Origin: Marsupella aquatica
Lineage: Eukaryota > Plantae > Marchantiophyta
DNA: 64,000 nt
Assembly: GCA_973895155.1 (NCBI GenBank)
Contig: OZ316895.1
Span: forward strand, 17,501,437-17,565,436
Reading direction: 5' to 3'
Under the pieces are notes generated by a model. The model searched no databases. It worked only from the letters and a program-made list of their open reading frames with translations, and was not told the DNA's origin. This document shows positions 1 to 12,240 of this stretch, piece after piece. Both the position numbers and the translations under genes were made by a program. How positions within the stretch are numbered: the stretch's first letter is position 1; the number at the start of each line of letters is the position of its first letter.

Positions 1-837
1 CTTAGGCTGGTTCTTAGGGTTTTCATCCACCTCCTGCCCCCTGATAGATGAGTGAGGCCAGGTTGCATGTTAAGATAGGCCAGTAAAATTTTGATGTAAT
101 TGTGTATGCTGCAACTTAACCTTGGAATGGCCACTGGCGGATCAGTGCTCTGGGAGGGGAGGTGTGTGGGTAGGAGACGGGGTTGTTCATTTAAACCTCC
201 ACTGTCCCCCAAGCAAAACCTGATGGGATCTAGCTCGCTATAATTAGTCAAAAGTGTTCTTGACAAAGTTGGCAAAAAAGCTGTGGCTTTTTTAATCCTC
301 CCACAACATCTGGGACAGGGGCGATTGAACCTAAGGAAGACTTGTGTTGAAAGCTATTCAAGTCCATCCTTTGAGACTTTTCAACATTAATGAGTATTTT
401 ACTTGTAACCAATCATGTGATGCCATGGGACAACCAGGACCTTTATACCCCTCAGTTTCTAAGGATATCTAAATATTTTTAGTAAAACTTATCATTTGGC
501 CATAGATTTGATTGCATGTAGTTTTAGATATCAAGGAGTATATATGTCAAATATGCTGATGAAAGGAACCCAAAAAGTTCTTTAGTGACCCCACTAGAGG
601 TCCCTTCCAAAATTCCTGGCTCCACAGCATGCCACATCATCATGACGTGCTGCAAACGGGTACGAATTGGTTTACAAAATAAAATGACTTTAACATTTGT
701 GTTTGCGGCAGAATTTTGGTAAAATTGGGGACGCCATGCCGTAAATCTTCATGTAAAAAGTAATAAAAAAATAACTGTTTTATTTACCCTGAGTAGGCCC
801 GCAACTCAGTTTTATCTACCGCAAATAACCAACTGCC

Positions 838-1311
838 CCCGGGTATGCAACTCCCCTTTTTATAAATCAAGTTTTTAATTCCTTATAATGACCCTATATC
901 CTTAGACCATCTTAGATTTCATTTTAGTTTACTAAAGTCTTGTACCTCTCAATTCAAGGAATCCAAAAATGTAACTTAAAAAAATTCCGAATATGTTTTG
1001 ATGTATAGAAAGTTGATCAAAACCAAATTATATGACTTGTTTTTAATACAGGGGTCTACAGCCAAACTAGCCAGCTTTTTAGGATTTTTATTAAAATTTT
1101 AAAAATATTTTAATAAAAACTACAACATGTATAGGAATATTTTTTAATTTCATACGGAAAAAGAGGAGAACCAAACCTTTTGTATGACTTGAAAATTTTT
1201 AAAAGTGGAAAACCCAGGTTTTTTCAAATTTTTCAAATTTTGTATAGCCAACTTTTTAGTCCATATAAAAATGTAGACCCCTGCCAATTATACAAGAGTT
1301 GTGTACCCGGG
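838..1311. mobile_element. hAT-like MITE with 16-bp imperfect TIR and perfect 8-bp TSD
   Basis: Left end CCCGGGTATGCAACTC (838-853) and right end GAGTTGTGTACCCGGG (1296-1311) are 14/16 inverted. CAACTGCC flanks both sides (830-837, 1312-1319). Confidence 0.8.
1049..1283. mobile_element. Nested MITE-like element with 12-bp perfect TIR
   Basis: CAGGGGTCTACA (1049-1060) and TGTAGACCCCTG (1272-1283) with an AT-rich interior. No matching TSD is visible. Confidence 0.6.
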
Positions 1312-4300
1312 CAACTGCCCACCCTTTTTTGTGAATTGTGGTAAGTTTCAATTCCACAATAAATATTAAGTAATTAATGAAGCAACACAGCATGGCAGTT
1401 AAGAATCCCACAGGGGCAGAAGGTAACCTCGTGTTTCCTCATTTCCTCGTGTCGTGCTCGAGGACAGAAGAAGTGGCGATGAGGTAATGGAATACTCATC
1501 TAACCTTCCGAACAAGTGCAGAGAGTGCGAAGCAAGATTGACTCTCTCTTTTTCTCTTTCTTTAGCGGAAGGTCAAGTTCATCCGCACACGAGAGACAGT
1601 CAGAAGAGCAATTCTCAGTCATGGCTAACAAACGATAGTCTCTCTTGAGGAAATCACTCTAGTCCTCAGTGAGAGCTCTGAAATTGCTGCTCGGAATTGA
1701 ATTTTGGAAATTGCTTCAATCTGCAAATGAATATTGAATCAAAAAAATTTGAGAGTAAGGGAATTCAGGAAGACTTCATTGCTCCTCACCTAAGACGGAG
1801 GCATTGACTGGACCATGAAGAGGTTGAGTACTCTTGCTCCACAACAATGCATTAGAAGCGAGGCAACTAATGATAGAGAGACGACTTTGGATTGAACGAA
1901 AGAGAGGAGGGGAGGGAAACACCAAAACTAGCCAGGATGTGATTGCGAAGGTGAAAGGATGAGAGCAATTGATCTCCAAGGATTCCAACGGGACTATGTG
2001 ATCCGCGATTTATACCCAAAATCCGCAACAGGTGGAAAGAATGATTGAATAAACAAAAGAATTAAATGTGAAGGGGTCCAATGAAGTCATGAGACACCAA
2101 AGTTCCGAACAACAATAATCTATGAAATGACAAAATGAGTGTCCGAGGAGACCAACAATGTGTTTCAATCTCAAAGTGACAGGACAGACCCAATGGTCAC
2201 CAAGTTCACGGAACTAAGTCACTGCTAAAGCAAATATTTCAACCACTCCACTTTTACAGTTGAGTGGGAGAATAGGGAGTGCACTGAGACTATTAAACGC
2301 TCTGGTTAGAATCTTCCTTGCTTTGCCTGCCGCCCCTCGCTCTCTCTCTCTCATTGCTGACTTGGCTTTATGCTTGAGTCTCTCCTGGACTTCTGGTAAA
2401 GAAACAATTCAAGGGTAACAATTTGTAGCTCGGCTAGAAATTTATCGATGATACACTCATGAGTTTTTTGGCAGCGATCTCTGTTGAGAGATGCAAGAGT
2501 ATGGCTATTTAAAAAATTAATAAATGGGCAGCCTAGTCTTCACGGTGCCCAAGATCAAACAAGTACAGGAAGGCTCCGAGATGACACAATTTCAATGGCC
2601 ATGCTGCGATCCTCCCCTTACATAGGCTCCATTCATCCAAAAGTATGATCAATCGCGCAATCTAGCTACTCAGATAAGAATTATTCTTGAGGACTTGAAA
2701 TCCCCTCTGCCCACCACTTCTTGAAAAAAATGATCCTTCTAGGCGTACAACAAATGCCCATTCTATGGTAGCGTGGTGTCCTGGTGGCAGAGTACCACGG
2801 TACAGTTCCCAGTAGTCAAAGCTGCTGCACATGATTTGTCTACTAGAAAGTCTCCATCGTGAATCTGTCGTGACCAAACCTTGACAACTATGCTAAAAAC
2901 TAGACTTCCAGTGAACAAAGTTTTGCGAACTGACCATATTGAGATAAAGTGATAACCTAGACAATTCTATGGTTTAAATTGTGATGGCATCGTGGGTTCC
3001 ACAGTGCCTCGCACTAGATGCGTACAAGGTAATTGCAAACCAACTCTGGCCACCACCGCTACCTACCAGACAGCAATCGCTTGAGACAAGCAATAATTAA
3101 TGTAGATGGCCCTAAGCTTGACACATAGGTTTACTCACTCTAAGCATTACCGTGGAGAAGTGTGTTGCATTACTTTCTAAAATCTATTGTTGAAATAGCT
3201 GGATGAGTCGAAAAACTATTCTGGCAAGGAAATTGTTGAACTGCAGTTTGTCCGGTCTTTGTTCAAAGGTGTTCTAGATGATCCAAACGAGAGCTGTATT
3301 TTACATCCTCGGGTGAGCTCCATTTCCATTCCAACCTGCAATTAGATCTTCAACTGTGCTCATGATTCCTAATTGAAATACCTTTGCTGGCTCCAGAGCT
3401 GAACTCCCAAGCAATTGGGATTGCCTGAAGCTCAGAGCACCACGCTGCAGCTTCAGAACTAGTTGAGGTTTGCTCATATATTCAGCTCGGTCACTATTTT
3501 CAGCTGGCCTAGTCTCCAGATTCGATCCACCATGTAGTCTCAATAAAGATATGTTCATTGTCACACGTTTTATAACACATTAATTTTATCTATTTCACAT
3601 ATATTGTCCAACACATACCTCACATACAATCAAAACATATAGGGGTCCACGAACTAATTGCCCCATTTGCACCCAGATGGTTATTGTCATAATGATTCTC
3701 TTGCATCCTGCCACTGTACCTAAAAATGTGACAATATACAGTGAACTGTCTATGAATAACACTCAGTGAGTTAAACAGAATTAGTTTGAGGATCCCTTGG
3801 TTAATATGTAACTTAGAAACCATCAAGAATTGCATAGTAGAATAAATTTGAATATGGAGATGAGAGAAAAACATAGGAGATTATTCATGGTAACCAAGAA
3901 TCCATGCAAAAAGTTCCTTTTGTACTGTCTCCTATATATGTCCATATAATCCACGCAAAATATTGTAGTAGCTATTTCTTACGTTTCTTTGGTATTCCTT
4001 TGTCCATAGTAGTCAAATTGTTTCTTCTGCTCCCTTGGTATACCTCTGTCAGTAATAGCCAACAGGTTTGTTATGCTACCTTGGTCAACATTACATTAGT
4101 TGAAAAGTTTCTTTCTACCCATGTTTATTTCAAAATTTGCCAATAAAATTTACGAAATTCCTAAATTTACTGAAACATCATTGATACATCAGTCACAACC
4201 CATCCTAAGTTATTGTTTATTTGAACTGTTATTTGTCATTTTCCATTGTTATAGTTACACTGTCTAACTAATTTTCTTAGTCTTGTCTCAAACACAATGA

Positions 4301-5579
4301 GTCACATTTGGTTCTTTGCATAATGAACCATTCTTTTTGTGACCAATAGTGATAATATGGCTGCACATGTTTCCAGGGATTTTGGAAGGAGTTTCTCATT
4401 GGGTCCACAATAATTGAGTTGTCATGGTAAGGAGTGACACAATACACTGCATATTCTCACATGTTGATGTGCTATTCTCTCTACCCCATTCTACCCAGAT
4501 GGATATTTTAATGAAGATTCTCTCCACCAATAACAGCCGGATTTAACCTGACAGGCAAGTTGACGGCTTGCTGGGCATGTAAAACTGTCAAATGACAGCC
4601 TCAAAATGGGAAGTTTGACGGAGACTCCCTGAAATTCCCCCGGATTCCTGACCCTGCCTGGCTCCTGACCTGCCAGACCCCGCCCCAGCCCACCCAAACC
4701 CGGCCCGGATCCCCTAAATACCTGGCCCGAACCCGGCCTGGGCCAGCCAAGGTCAACCCTCACACTCGGACCGACCTCGACTTCGGGAGACCGGGCGACC
4801 GGGTTGACGGAGAAAATTGTCCAATTTGACGGACAAGGTCAAACCGGGAATAAGGAAGGGTGTGACTGACTGGATACTTGGGCCACCAACTGTGCCATCA
4901 AGTTGTATTTTCTGTACTAAATGTCACCTTCGTTGACATAATCATTTCTTTCCCCAGAAGCAAGGTAGAGAGGGCCCTATTGTAAATTTCAAGTTCATGT
5001 ATTCTTTTTTTTGTATTTTCCACGAGACCTTAAATCCCCACCAGCCATATAGAAGGGGGAAAAGTCCAAGACTATTCCCTTTAGCACGTTACATTCATTC
5101 CTCTAGTCATTTTGCTCCACAATGTTAAGAAAAGAGTGTGAAACCAGGTGGATCTATGTTTTTAGTGGCTAGTGGTAGCTTAAAGGGAAACTGCATCTAT
5201 AAGGTTCCAGTCTCCTCGACTAAGGCTAATAGTATCTTAAACTATTGTATATTTCGTTCTCATGGTCTATTTATGGAAGTCATTCGGGCCAAATTTTCTC
5301 CTCTACATAGGCTAGAACTCTTATATTTTTCTTTTTCATTGTCTATTTATGGAAGTCATTCTAGCCAAACCTCCTTGGGAGTTGTATGATGACATGTTTT
5401 TCTCACCATAAGATTGACCTAAAGGTGACCATGCACCTTTTCTGTAGCAAAGTTGTCACTCACCCATTCGGTGAAGCTTTTCCCAAATTATGAGATGACC
5501 TACAGGTGACACTATTCACCTTTTTCATGCCCAACTTGTCAGTCTCATGGTGACTTTTTACTAACCATGAGATAGACCT

Positions 5580-5755
5580 AAATGCGACATTATTCATCTT
5601 TTCAATGCGACATTATTCATCTTTTCAATGCGACATTATTCTAATTCATCTTTTCAATGCTCAACTTGTCACTTTCCCCAGAACTCAGAACACTCCTTGA
5701 AATCTTTAATGCCCAACTTGTCACTTTCCCCAGAACTCACAATACTCCTTGAAAG
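5580..5755. repeat. Short tandem repeats
   Basis: ATGCGACATTATTCATCTTTTCA about 3 times, then CAACTTGTCACTTTCCCCAGAACTCA-containing unit twice. Confidence 0.8.
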
Positions 5756-6254
5756 CCAGCTGTTCTCACTACTCAAAATCTAGTTCCCAAGAAATCTCAC
5801 AACCTCCACTCAACATCATTTCCTATTGACCGTCCCATCCAATGCACAGGCATTGGGCAAGTACTTACATCAAACACTATTTTGGCAGTAGCTCTAACTA
5901 CAGCAACCAATCACATCAAACACACTATTTTGGCAATAGCTCCAATTGCTCGCAACAAGCTATTGCTGGGCATTTGTAGATACTGAGAGGCAAGGCATGC
6001 CATGCAATGAGGTTACGGTACAAAGAGTTGTGTTCCACATCGAGGTTTCAGAGTTTGTTGCCAGCTTTTGGAGAGTTTCATTGCACACACACCCCATTCT
6101 GTAGCGTGTTGTTGTAAGACCACTCAGTCCCACTATTTACAATACAATAGCTTTCGTTAGAGATGCAGATGATCACAGCATTGTACAACCTTAACAACCA
6201 CGGACAAATACTCCACCCTGAGCAATAGGTCCTTAGTAGATCTCCTATCAGAGG

Positions 6255-9200
6255 TCATCCCTTTCCTTCTCCTTGGAAAGGATCTGGGTGATCTATAATA
6301 CCCTTGAGGCCCAAAGTTTTAATGGTTCGAGAGTTCAGCTGCGGTGGTCTATCGAATCCCAAAACCTTAGAGTACACACTAGCGAGCTTCACAGCTTCCA
6401 TTTTTTCAGAACCAGATGGAGCTTTGACAAGGTGATATCTCAACCATGCTAAATAAGCTTTGACCCTAACGAGGCGGTCTACTTGTTGCACAGCATCCTG
6501 CACCTGCATCCACCAGCGCAGGGAGCATCATCGTGAGCTCATGGATTTGTGCCATGGAGGCACAAGGAGCAATGGTTCAATTCTAATGTAATGCATGGAG
6601 ACATTCATTGAATTGAATCGAATTTAAAGCCATCAATCCAAAGATGGAGAAAGCAACAGTTATCCCTTAGACTGCAAGAAAGGACCGAAAGAAAACTTAA
6701 ATACTAAGACAGGTCCCTGCTGTTCTTACAAAGAGGATATTTCTAGATCTGTTTTGCATTCTGTACAATAAATGGGCCAGTCAAGCTCCTTCACTATAGT
6801 GCTCAAAAATTTGTTAAGAGACCCCTCGACGAACTCAAGGGGTTGAAAAGACAAGAAGAAATGAGTGAATACTTAAAGTTGACGGACTTCATTAAAATTA
6901 AACTATTGATCGAGCAAACTGTCAGACACATACCTTAGCGTCCATGTCTGAATTCAGTTCGGGCCAAGCTAATTCCCAGAGTGGAATAGCCGAAAGTTCA
7001 TTGAGAAATGGCTTCTCGTGGGGCATGAGTAGTAACGAGCACTGTCGTTCCTTCTGTTCTTCCCCAGTTAAAATCAATCTTCGACCATACTGCTCCCGCC
7101 CTGCTGGTCGCCCGACCTGCCAAGGAAGATCAACATTTGTTTCCTTTCAGGCAGTACTAACCATCTCTTACAATTTTACTATGACTGCTGGGTGCAAAAT
7201 GCTCTATTTTTCACTACATTAGTGATGGCTCTGACAACTCCTAATGCTCTCTGTATACCATTCCCGCACATCACCGCACAACTCTCGAGAACTTTCTGCT
7301 GCTCGTCCCTATATGCTTCAGTGACAGAACTACGCGGAAAGTCCAAAATCGAACTTAGCATTTGCCGTTGAAAACCTTCCGGGGGTAGTATTTACTTGAG
7401 ATGTCATAATACAGAATACAACTCGACATTCAAGATCAAATGACAAAAGAAAGCACACAAAATAGTACCTGAAGAATAAGAGTGACATCTGGATTTGCGA
7501 CTCCCCAAACTGATGCACCAGTAGTAAATAAAATAACACAACCCTTCATAGTTCGAAATACTGCCGCAGTCCGATCTCGGTGCTTCTCATTCTTCCTCAT
7601 ATGCAGTTCACATGTAAAAAAGCCTAAGTTTTTGAAAGTCTCTGCCATGAAAGTCGTTGTTCGCACCGTTTGACAAAACACCACAACCTGCTCCAATTAA
7701 TTTATTCCAAAACCCAACACCCAACGTAGAAACAGCCTTAGAATCATATCCAAAGTTCAATTTATACGTATAGCTGCACTGTGAATATGCAGCAGACTTC
7801 TAAATTCCCTTGGATACAAATGCTGGGTTTCACTCCGAGGAAACAATAAAGAGCTCCCTAATCTCTAAAAGTTCTATCCAAAACGCTGGAGGGAGAAAGT
7901 AAGACTCCAACGATTCTCAGTACCTTGTAGTTAGGCTCATTTTCCACATGTGCGGTAAGGAGAGAGTGTATTAGTGCTAAATGCAACTCCACTGGCACCA
8001 CGAGAAAGTCATGTCTCACCTGCGTCATACCCATTTTCAAGAACGGGTTAACAATTCGATAATATAGACTGTATAGATAACCTAGGCTGTTTAGATAATG
8101 ATGGAAAAACAAAATAAGTGAGGAGCGAATTCAATCCTTCGGAATCGAGTCATACCATTGGGTGAGAACCTTCTTTTTCGGCAGGGCATAAATCGATAAC
8201 TTGGTGATTCTTCTTTAAGATGGTTTCAGCGAAAGCAATTAACTGCCAGAAAATTACATCCATGACTCAGAATTTAAGTCACAATACGTGTAAACCACTC
8301 TAATGTGCTTTGGATTAGCACCGTGGCATGCAGTCCAATAGATGGAATGCACAATTTGAGAAGAAATTACAGCTACATCGGGTAGACATAGCTCTCCGTA
8401 GCGGAAATTCTTCCGACTCAGCGAATTTGAAGTTAAACAAGACGGCTCATTTCTCCGCCTGATGTTCTCACTATACTAAGTAACTGGCCAAAGTTCAACT
8501 AACCATACTACGTAAAAGCTGCAGATCATTTTATGTCTTGGTGAGCAGATTAGATGGGAAGAATAATCTAAACATGCATAAAAGTGCGAGACCCTTTCCC
8601 AGGATCTAACTTCACATCCAATCAGACGCCGTCAACGTTTTAACACCAGTGCGCATTTCTGAATGAATTTACAATTTCCACAACAACTAGTTTTACCTTC
8701 ACAAACCTCATCTGACTGTAACGAAGACCACAAGAGTGTTTGTCGAGATCTGGAGATCATATATGAGATTCTTTCAATCGTGCGCCGATACCCCATATCA
8801 AGCAACTTTTGTACTTCCACGAGTACGAACAATCTAAGATCACGAAGCTGGCCACGCAACTCTGGTGACTTCTGTAGATGGTCCAGTAGGCGTCCTGGTG
8901 TTGCAACTACAATCTAGACACAGAAAAACCCTCCTTGTCAGATGAACTAGCAGTTAAACTACGTCAACTGACTCGAATCTCCAACCTTACAAGTCGGAAA
9001 TTGCCAAAGGGCTGTTCCAACAAATGTTCATATTCCCTTGCTGGTTGAAGTCAAGGACAAGCCCATAACCTTCACATTGTCAATTTTCTTGAGAAGAAAA
9101 GGAGTCTGTCGGCGAAGTACCTGGCATGGGAGAGTTCGTAAGCTGTGAGTCTCCTTCCAAATATCATTTCCTCCCTTCAGCACTTGGACCCTAATACCAG

Positions 9201-11241
9201 GGTGAAACATCAAAAGTAACTTGGCTTCAGATGCCAACAAAGAAGCACTTTCCTGAGTTGGGCACATCAGCAAAGCAGTGATGGGAAATCTACCCGACAC
9301 AGTCATATTCTGTTGAATTCTTGCAATGCCTGTAAGTGGTAGCTCCTGCCTTCTATTTATAACCAATTCAATTCCATAGATCTGCACAATGAGTGACCAG
9401 ATTAGTAATATCACTAACGAGCAGCAAACCTCGGACAAAAAGGCTCAGCAAGCTCAGTGAAAAACGGAGAATCAGGCGAAAGGACAGCTCACCAAAGAAG
9501 CGATAATATCTTCACCAGCCGTATCTGTCCTTGCAAACACGTCATCTCCTGCACTCAATACATGAGTACAGTTTATCAGCTTTGTCTATCTCCGATTCTA
9601 AGGAACCACTGCACGCCTCTCCAATACAGGACGTGAAGCACAATCCCTCAAACGAGAGAAAGAGGGAAACGCCAGATAACCCAGTGGGAGTGATAGAGTG
9701 TACACTACAACTCAAGTACGTAGTGGTATTCATAAATAAGAATCCATTTTCATTCCTGCTACTCTGCGGTGAAGTCTATTTCGCTTTCTAGGTCATTCTG
9801 GACAACTGCGGGAAAGTATGAGTATTGTTACCTTGCAAAATGATAGGAAAAGTGGCTTCTTGCAAGGGTGTCATTTTCCGAATGTCCATAATAAACGTCA
9901 AAGCTTTCAATGTTGATGGTGACAAACGAAGCTTACTAAAGCTGCACTGGAAAAGTCAACAACAGATTTGGCAGTCTGACCTTCCCAATTCCAGATCCTA
10001 AAGCAACCATCTCCTACTCATTTAATGTGGATCCTGCAACCATTCGACAGGAATTTCCATTCCAGAGTAGGATGACAATTGTAGAAATTTCAAACTCATC
10101 TCGAGTGGTAATGTCAGACTATAACTACTCCCCCGTTCAAAGGACTAAGGGCTGGTATAAGGAACGTAATTCACATTATAACTCAACGAGCAACCCGGTA
10201 TATGGAGATCCTTTGTGGGCATTTCAATACTCCAGAATGCCCACCTAAAGTCACCATGGGATCCTAGATCCCTCTCTGTTTGTCCATATTTACGATGAGC
10301 ACGCCCCCAATGCGCCCCACCAAGAATTAGGACAGAAAAACTTAGAACTGGTAGGACAAATGAAGCACCGTTTACTTGGAAGCGAGTCACTCACGGTGAG
10401 GTGGTCTGATTGTCGCTGGGCCCAGCAGGCCTTCTGTTCTTACTGATGACTATGTCCCGAACTTTTCGAATCTGCTCTGAGACCTCAGTCCTGCTTCCAG
10501 TCCAGCCTCCTTGTACAATTTCAGAAACTTGCGTCCCTGGACCAATTTGCAGGAAAAGTTTAAAAATGACTAGCCGTGGTTCACCCGGGATTCTTGAATG
10601 TAAATCTGACCTGCATCAAATCTTATGTTGCAGCAACTGAGAGGAAGGATATTGAAAGCAAGACCTTCTAAAGCTTTGCCCAGGGTTCCCACTCCTGGAG
10701 AGATATCTTTACCTGCAGCCACTCCGAGAAGGTTCCCAGGACTAAGAAGACTTGCATCTCGGTAGCTTGAGCTCATCATAACCTCACTCACTTCAGAGTT
10801 TTGGGCTGGAACATCCAAAGTTAGATTAACCAGGGGAGCTGTCTTCCGCAGTTCCTGACGTCGCCTCGTCTCAAAAATCTTTCTCTCTCTCATGAATCTT
10901 TCCTTTTCTAGCTCACGTTCGTCCTTCCTTTGACGCCTTTTCCACTGCCATTTCCTAACGCCCCCCGGATATGTCCGAGGTCCGCGTCTCATCGTCCACA
11001 ATGCTGGACCAACAGTTGCAGGCTCACCACTCTTCCTCGCCAAACCGGCCAAATAATCGAGTAGCTCATTCTTGACAAACATTTGGCAGTGCTGGAAAGA
11101 CCGCTCAAAACGCTGCGTCTCCAAAGCATTAGGCTGCGTGGCTAGCATACGAGGGGAGTCTCGCCTAAACCTTCCGATTCCAACAGAGGCACGCGAAAAT
11201 GCGTACCTCTCAGCAACACAGATGGACAGAGCTCGGTCCAT
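6255..11241 (-). CDS. Organellar (probably mitochondrial) DEAD-box helicase-like protein, RH48/RH33 (Mss116-like) family, with degenerate catalytic motifs; 11 exons, ~712 aa
   Basis: Exons 11241-10713, 10536-10395, 9941-9832, 9548-9493, 9381-9121, 8913-8707, 8242-8156, 8019-7924, 7687-7469, 7116-6934, 6503-6255. All introns are GT-AG, phases are consistent, no internal stops. N-terminal GPRTYPGGVRKWQWKR matches the RH48 signature GPRTFPGGLNKWQWKR. Also Q-motif MTPLQEAT, IVVATPGRLLDH, LLDMGY, VVVFCQT, PDVTLILQVG and C-terminal extension KAYLAWL...LGFDRPP. Confidence 0.9.
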
Positions 11242-11449
11242 GCCTTCCAACCTCAGCTCAACTCATGATCTCTTTAGTTCAGCGCAACTGTGGAAATGTG
11301 CCCTTCCCTTCTCATCACCTGCCGAAAGCTCTAAAACTCTTGTACGTAGTCAACACTTCCTACAAAACTCCAGCCAAGAGCTTGTCGCTGCCCGCTCTAT
11401 TCTAACAACACGAGAAATGTCTTATCTTTACAACCCCGTCTGAAGAGAA

Positions 11450-12240
11450 GTCAGCTCCGGAACAGAATTAAGATTCCCCTCCTGACCACCGAAATTCGGA
11501 ATCAAGATTGGGTGAGGGAGAGTATGTCGAGAGGCTCTTCGTCCAACCCTACTCTTCTAAATTCCGTCAACTCCTGTACTGAATTCTTATTCCCCATCTG
11601 ACCCCCGATATTCGAAATCAAAATTGGGTGTGGGTACCTCGAAAGGCTCTTCGTCCAACCCTACTCTTCGAAAATCAGTCAACTCCGGAACTGACGCCCG
11701 ATTCCCCTCAAATTCGGAATCGAGATATGGTAAGGATACCTCCAATGCTCTTCGTCCAACAGGATGCTACTTCCCCTCCTCACCCCCAGACGAATCTTGT
11801 TATTAAGAATATGCTGCTCTTCGAAATGCAGTCAGCTTCGAGACTGGATTGCTGAGTCCCCAGCCGAAACTCAGTCAGCTTCGAGAGTGGGTTATGATTT
11901 CCGTCCTCCTGATCCCTGAAAGACATTAGGAATTAAGATGAGACAACTCCTTGAAATTCAGACAGCTTCGAGTCGGGATTCTAATTCCCCTCCTGCCTGA
12001 CCCCTATACGAAATTTGGAATTGAGATTGGGTAAACTCTGCCAGCTTCGAGAGTGGATTATGATTTCCGTCCTCCTGACCCCTGAAAGACATTAGGAATT
12101 GAGATGAAACTTCCTCGAATTTCGGACAGCTCCGAGACTGCATTCTGATTCCCCCTATACGAAATTCGGAATTGATATTGGGTGCTGACCCCTATACGAA
12201 ATTCGGAATTGAGATTGGGTGAGGGGTACCTCGAAAGGCT
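11450..12240. repeat. Degenerate tandem repeat array upstream of the helicase-like gene
   Basis: Recurrent GAAATTCGGAATTGAGATTGGGT, GGCTCTTCGTCCAACCCTACTCTTC and CAGCTTCGAGAGTGG units of roughly 120-180 bp. Reading frames are broken by stops and shifts. Confidence 0.8.

Noticed and set aside
1700-3500. Coding-like composition suggesting a decayed transposon ORF
   Set aside because: Many stops in all frames and no recognisable motif, so it cannot be assigned without a search.
7179-7361. 60-aa minus-strand ORF inside the helicase-like gene
   Set aside because: It lies in an intron between phase-matched exons that join directly as in homologues (LILQ|VG).
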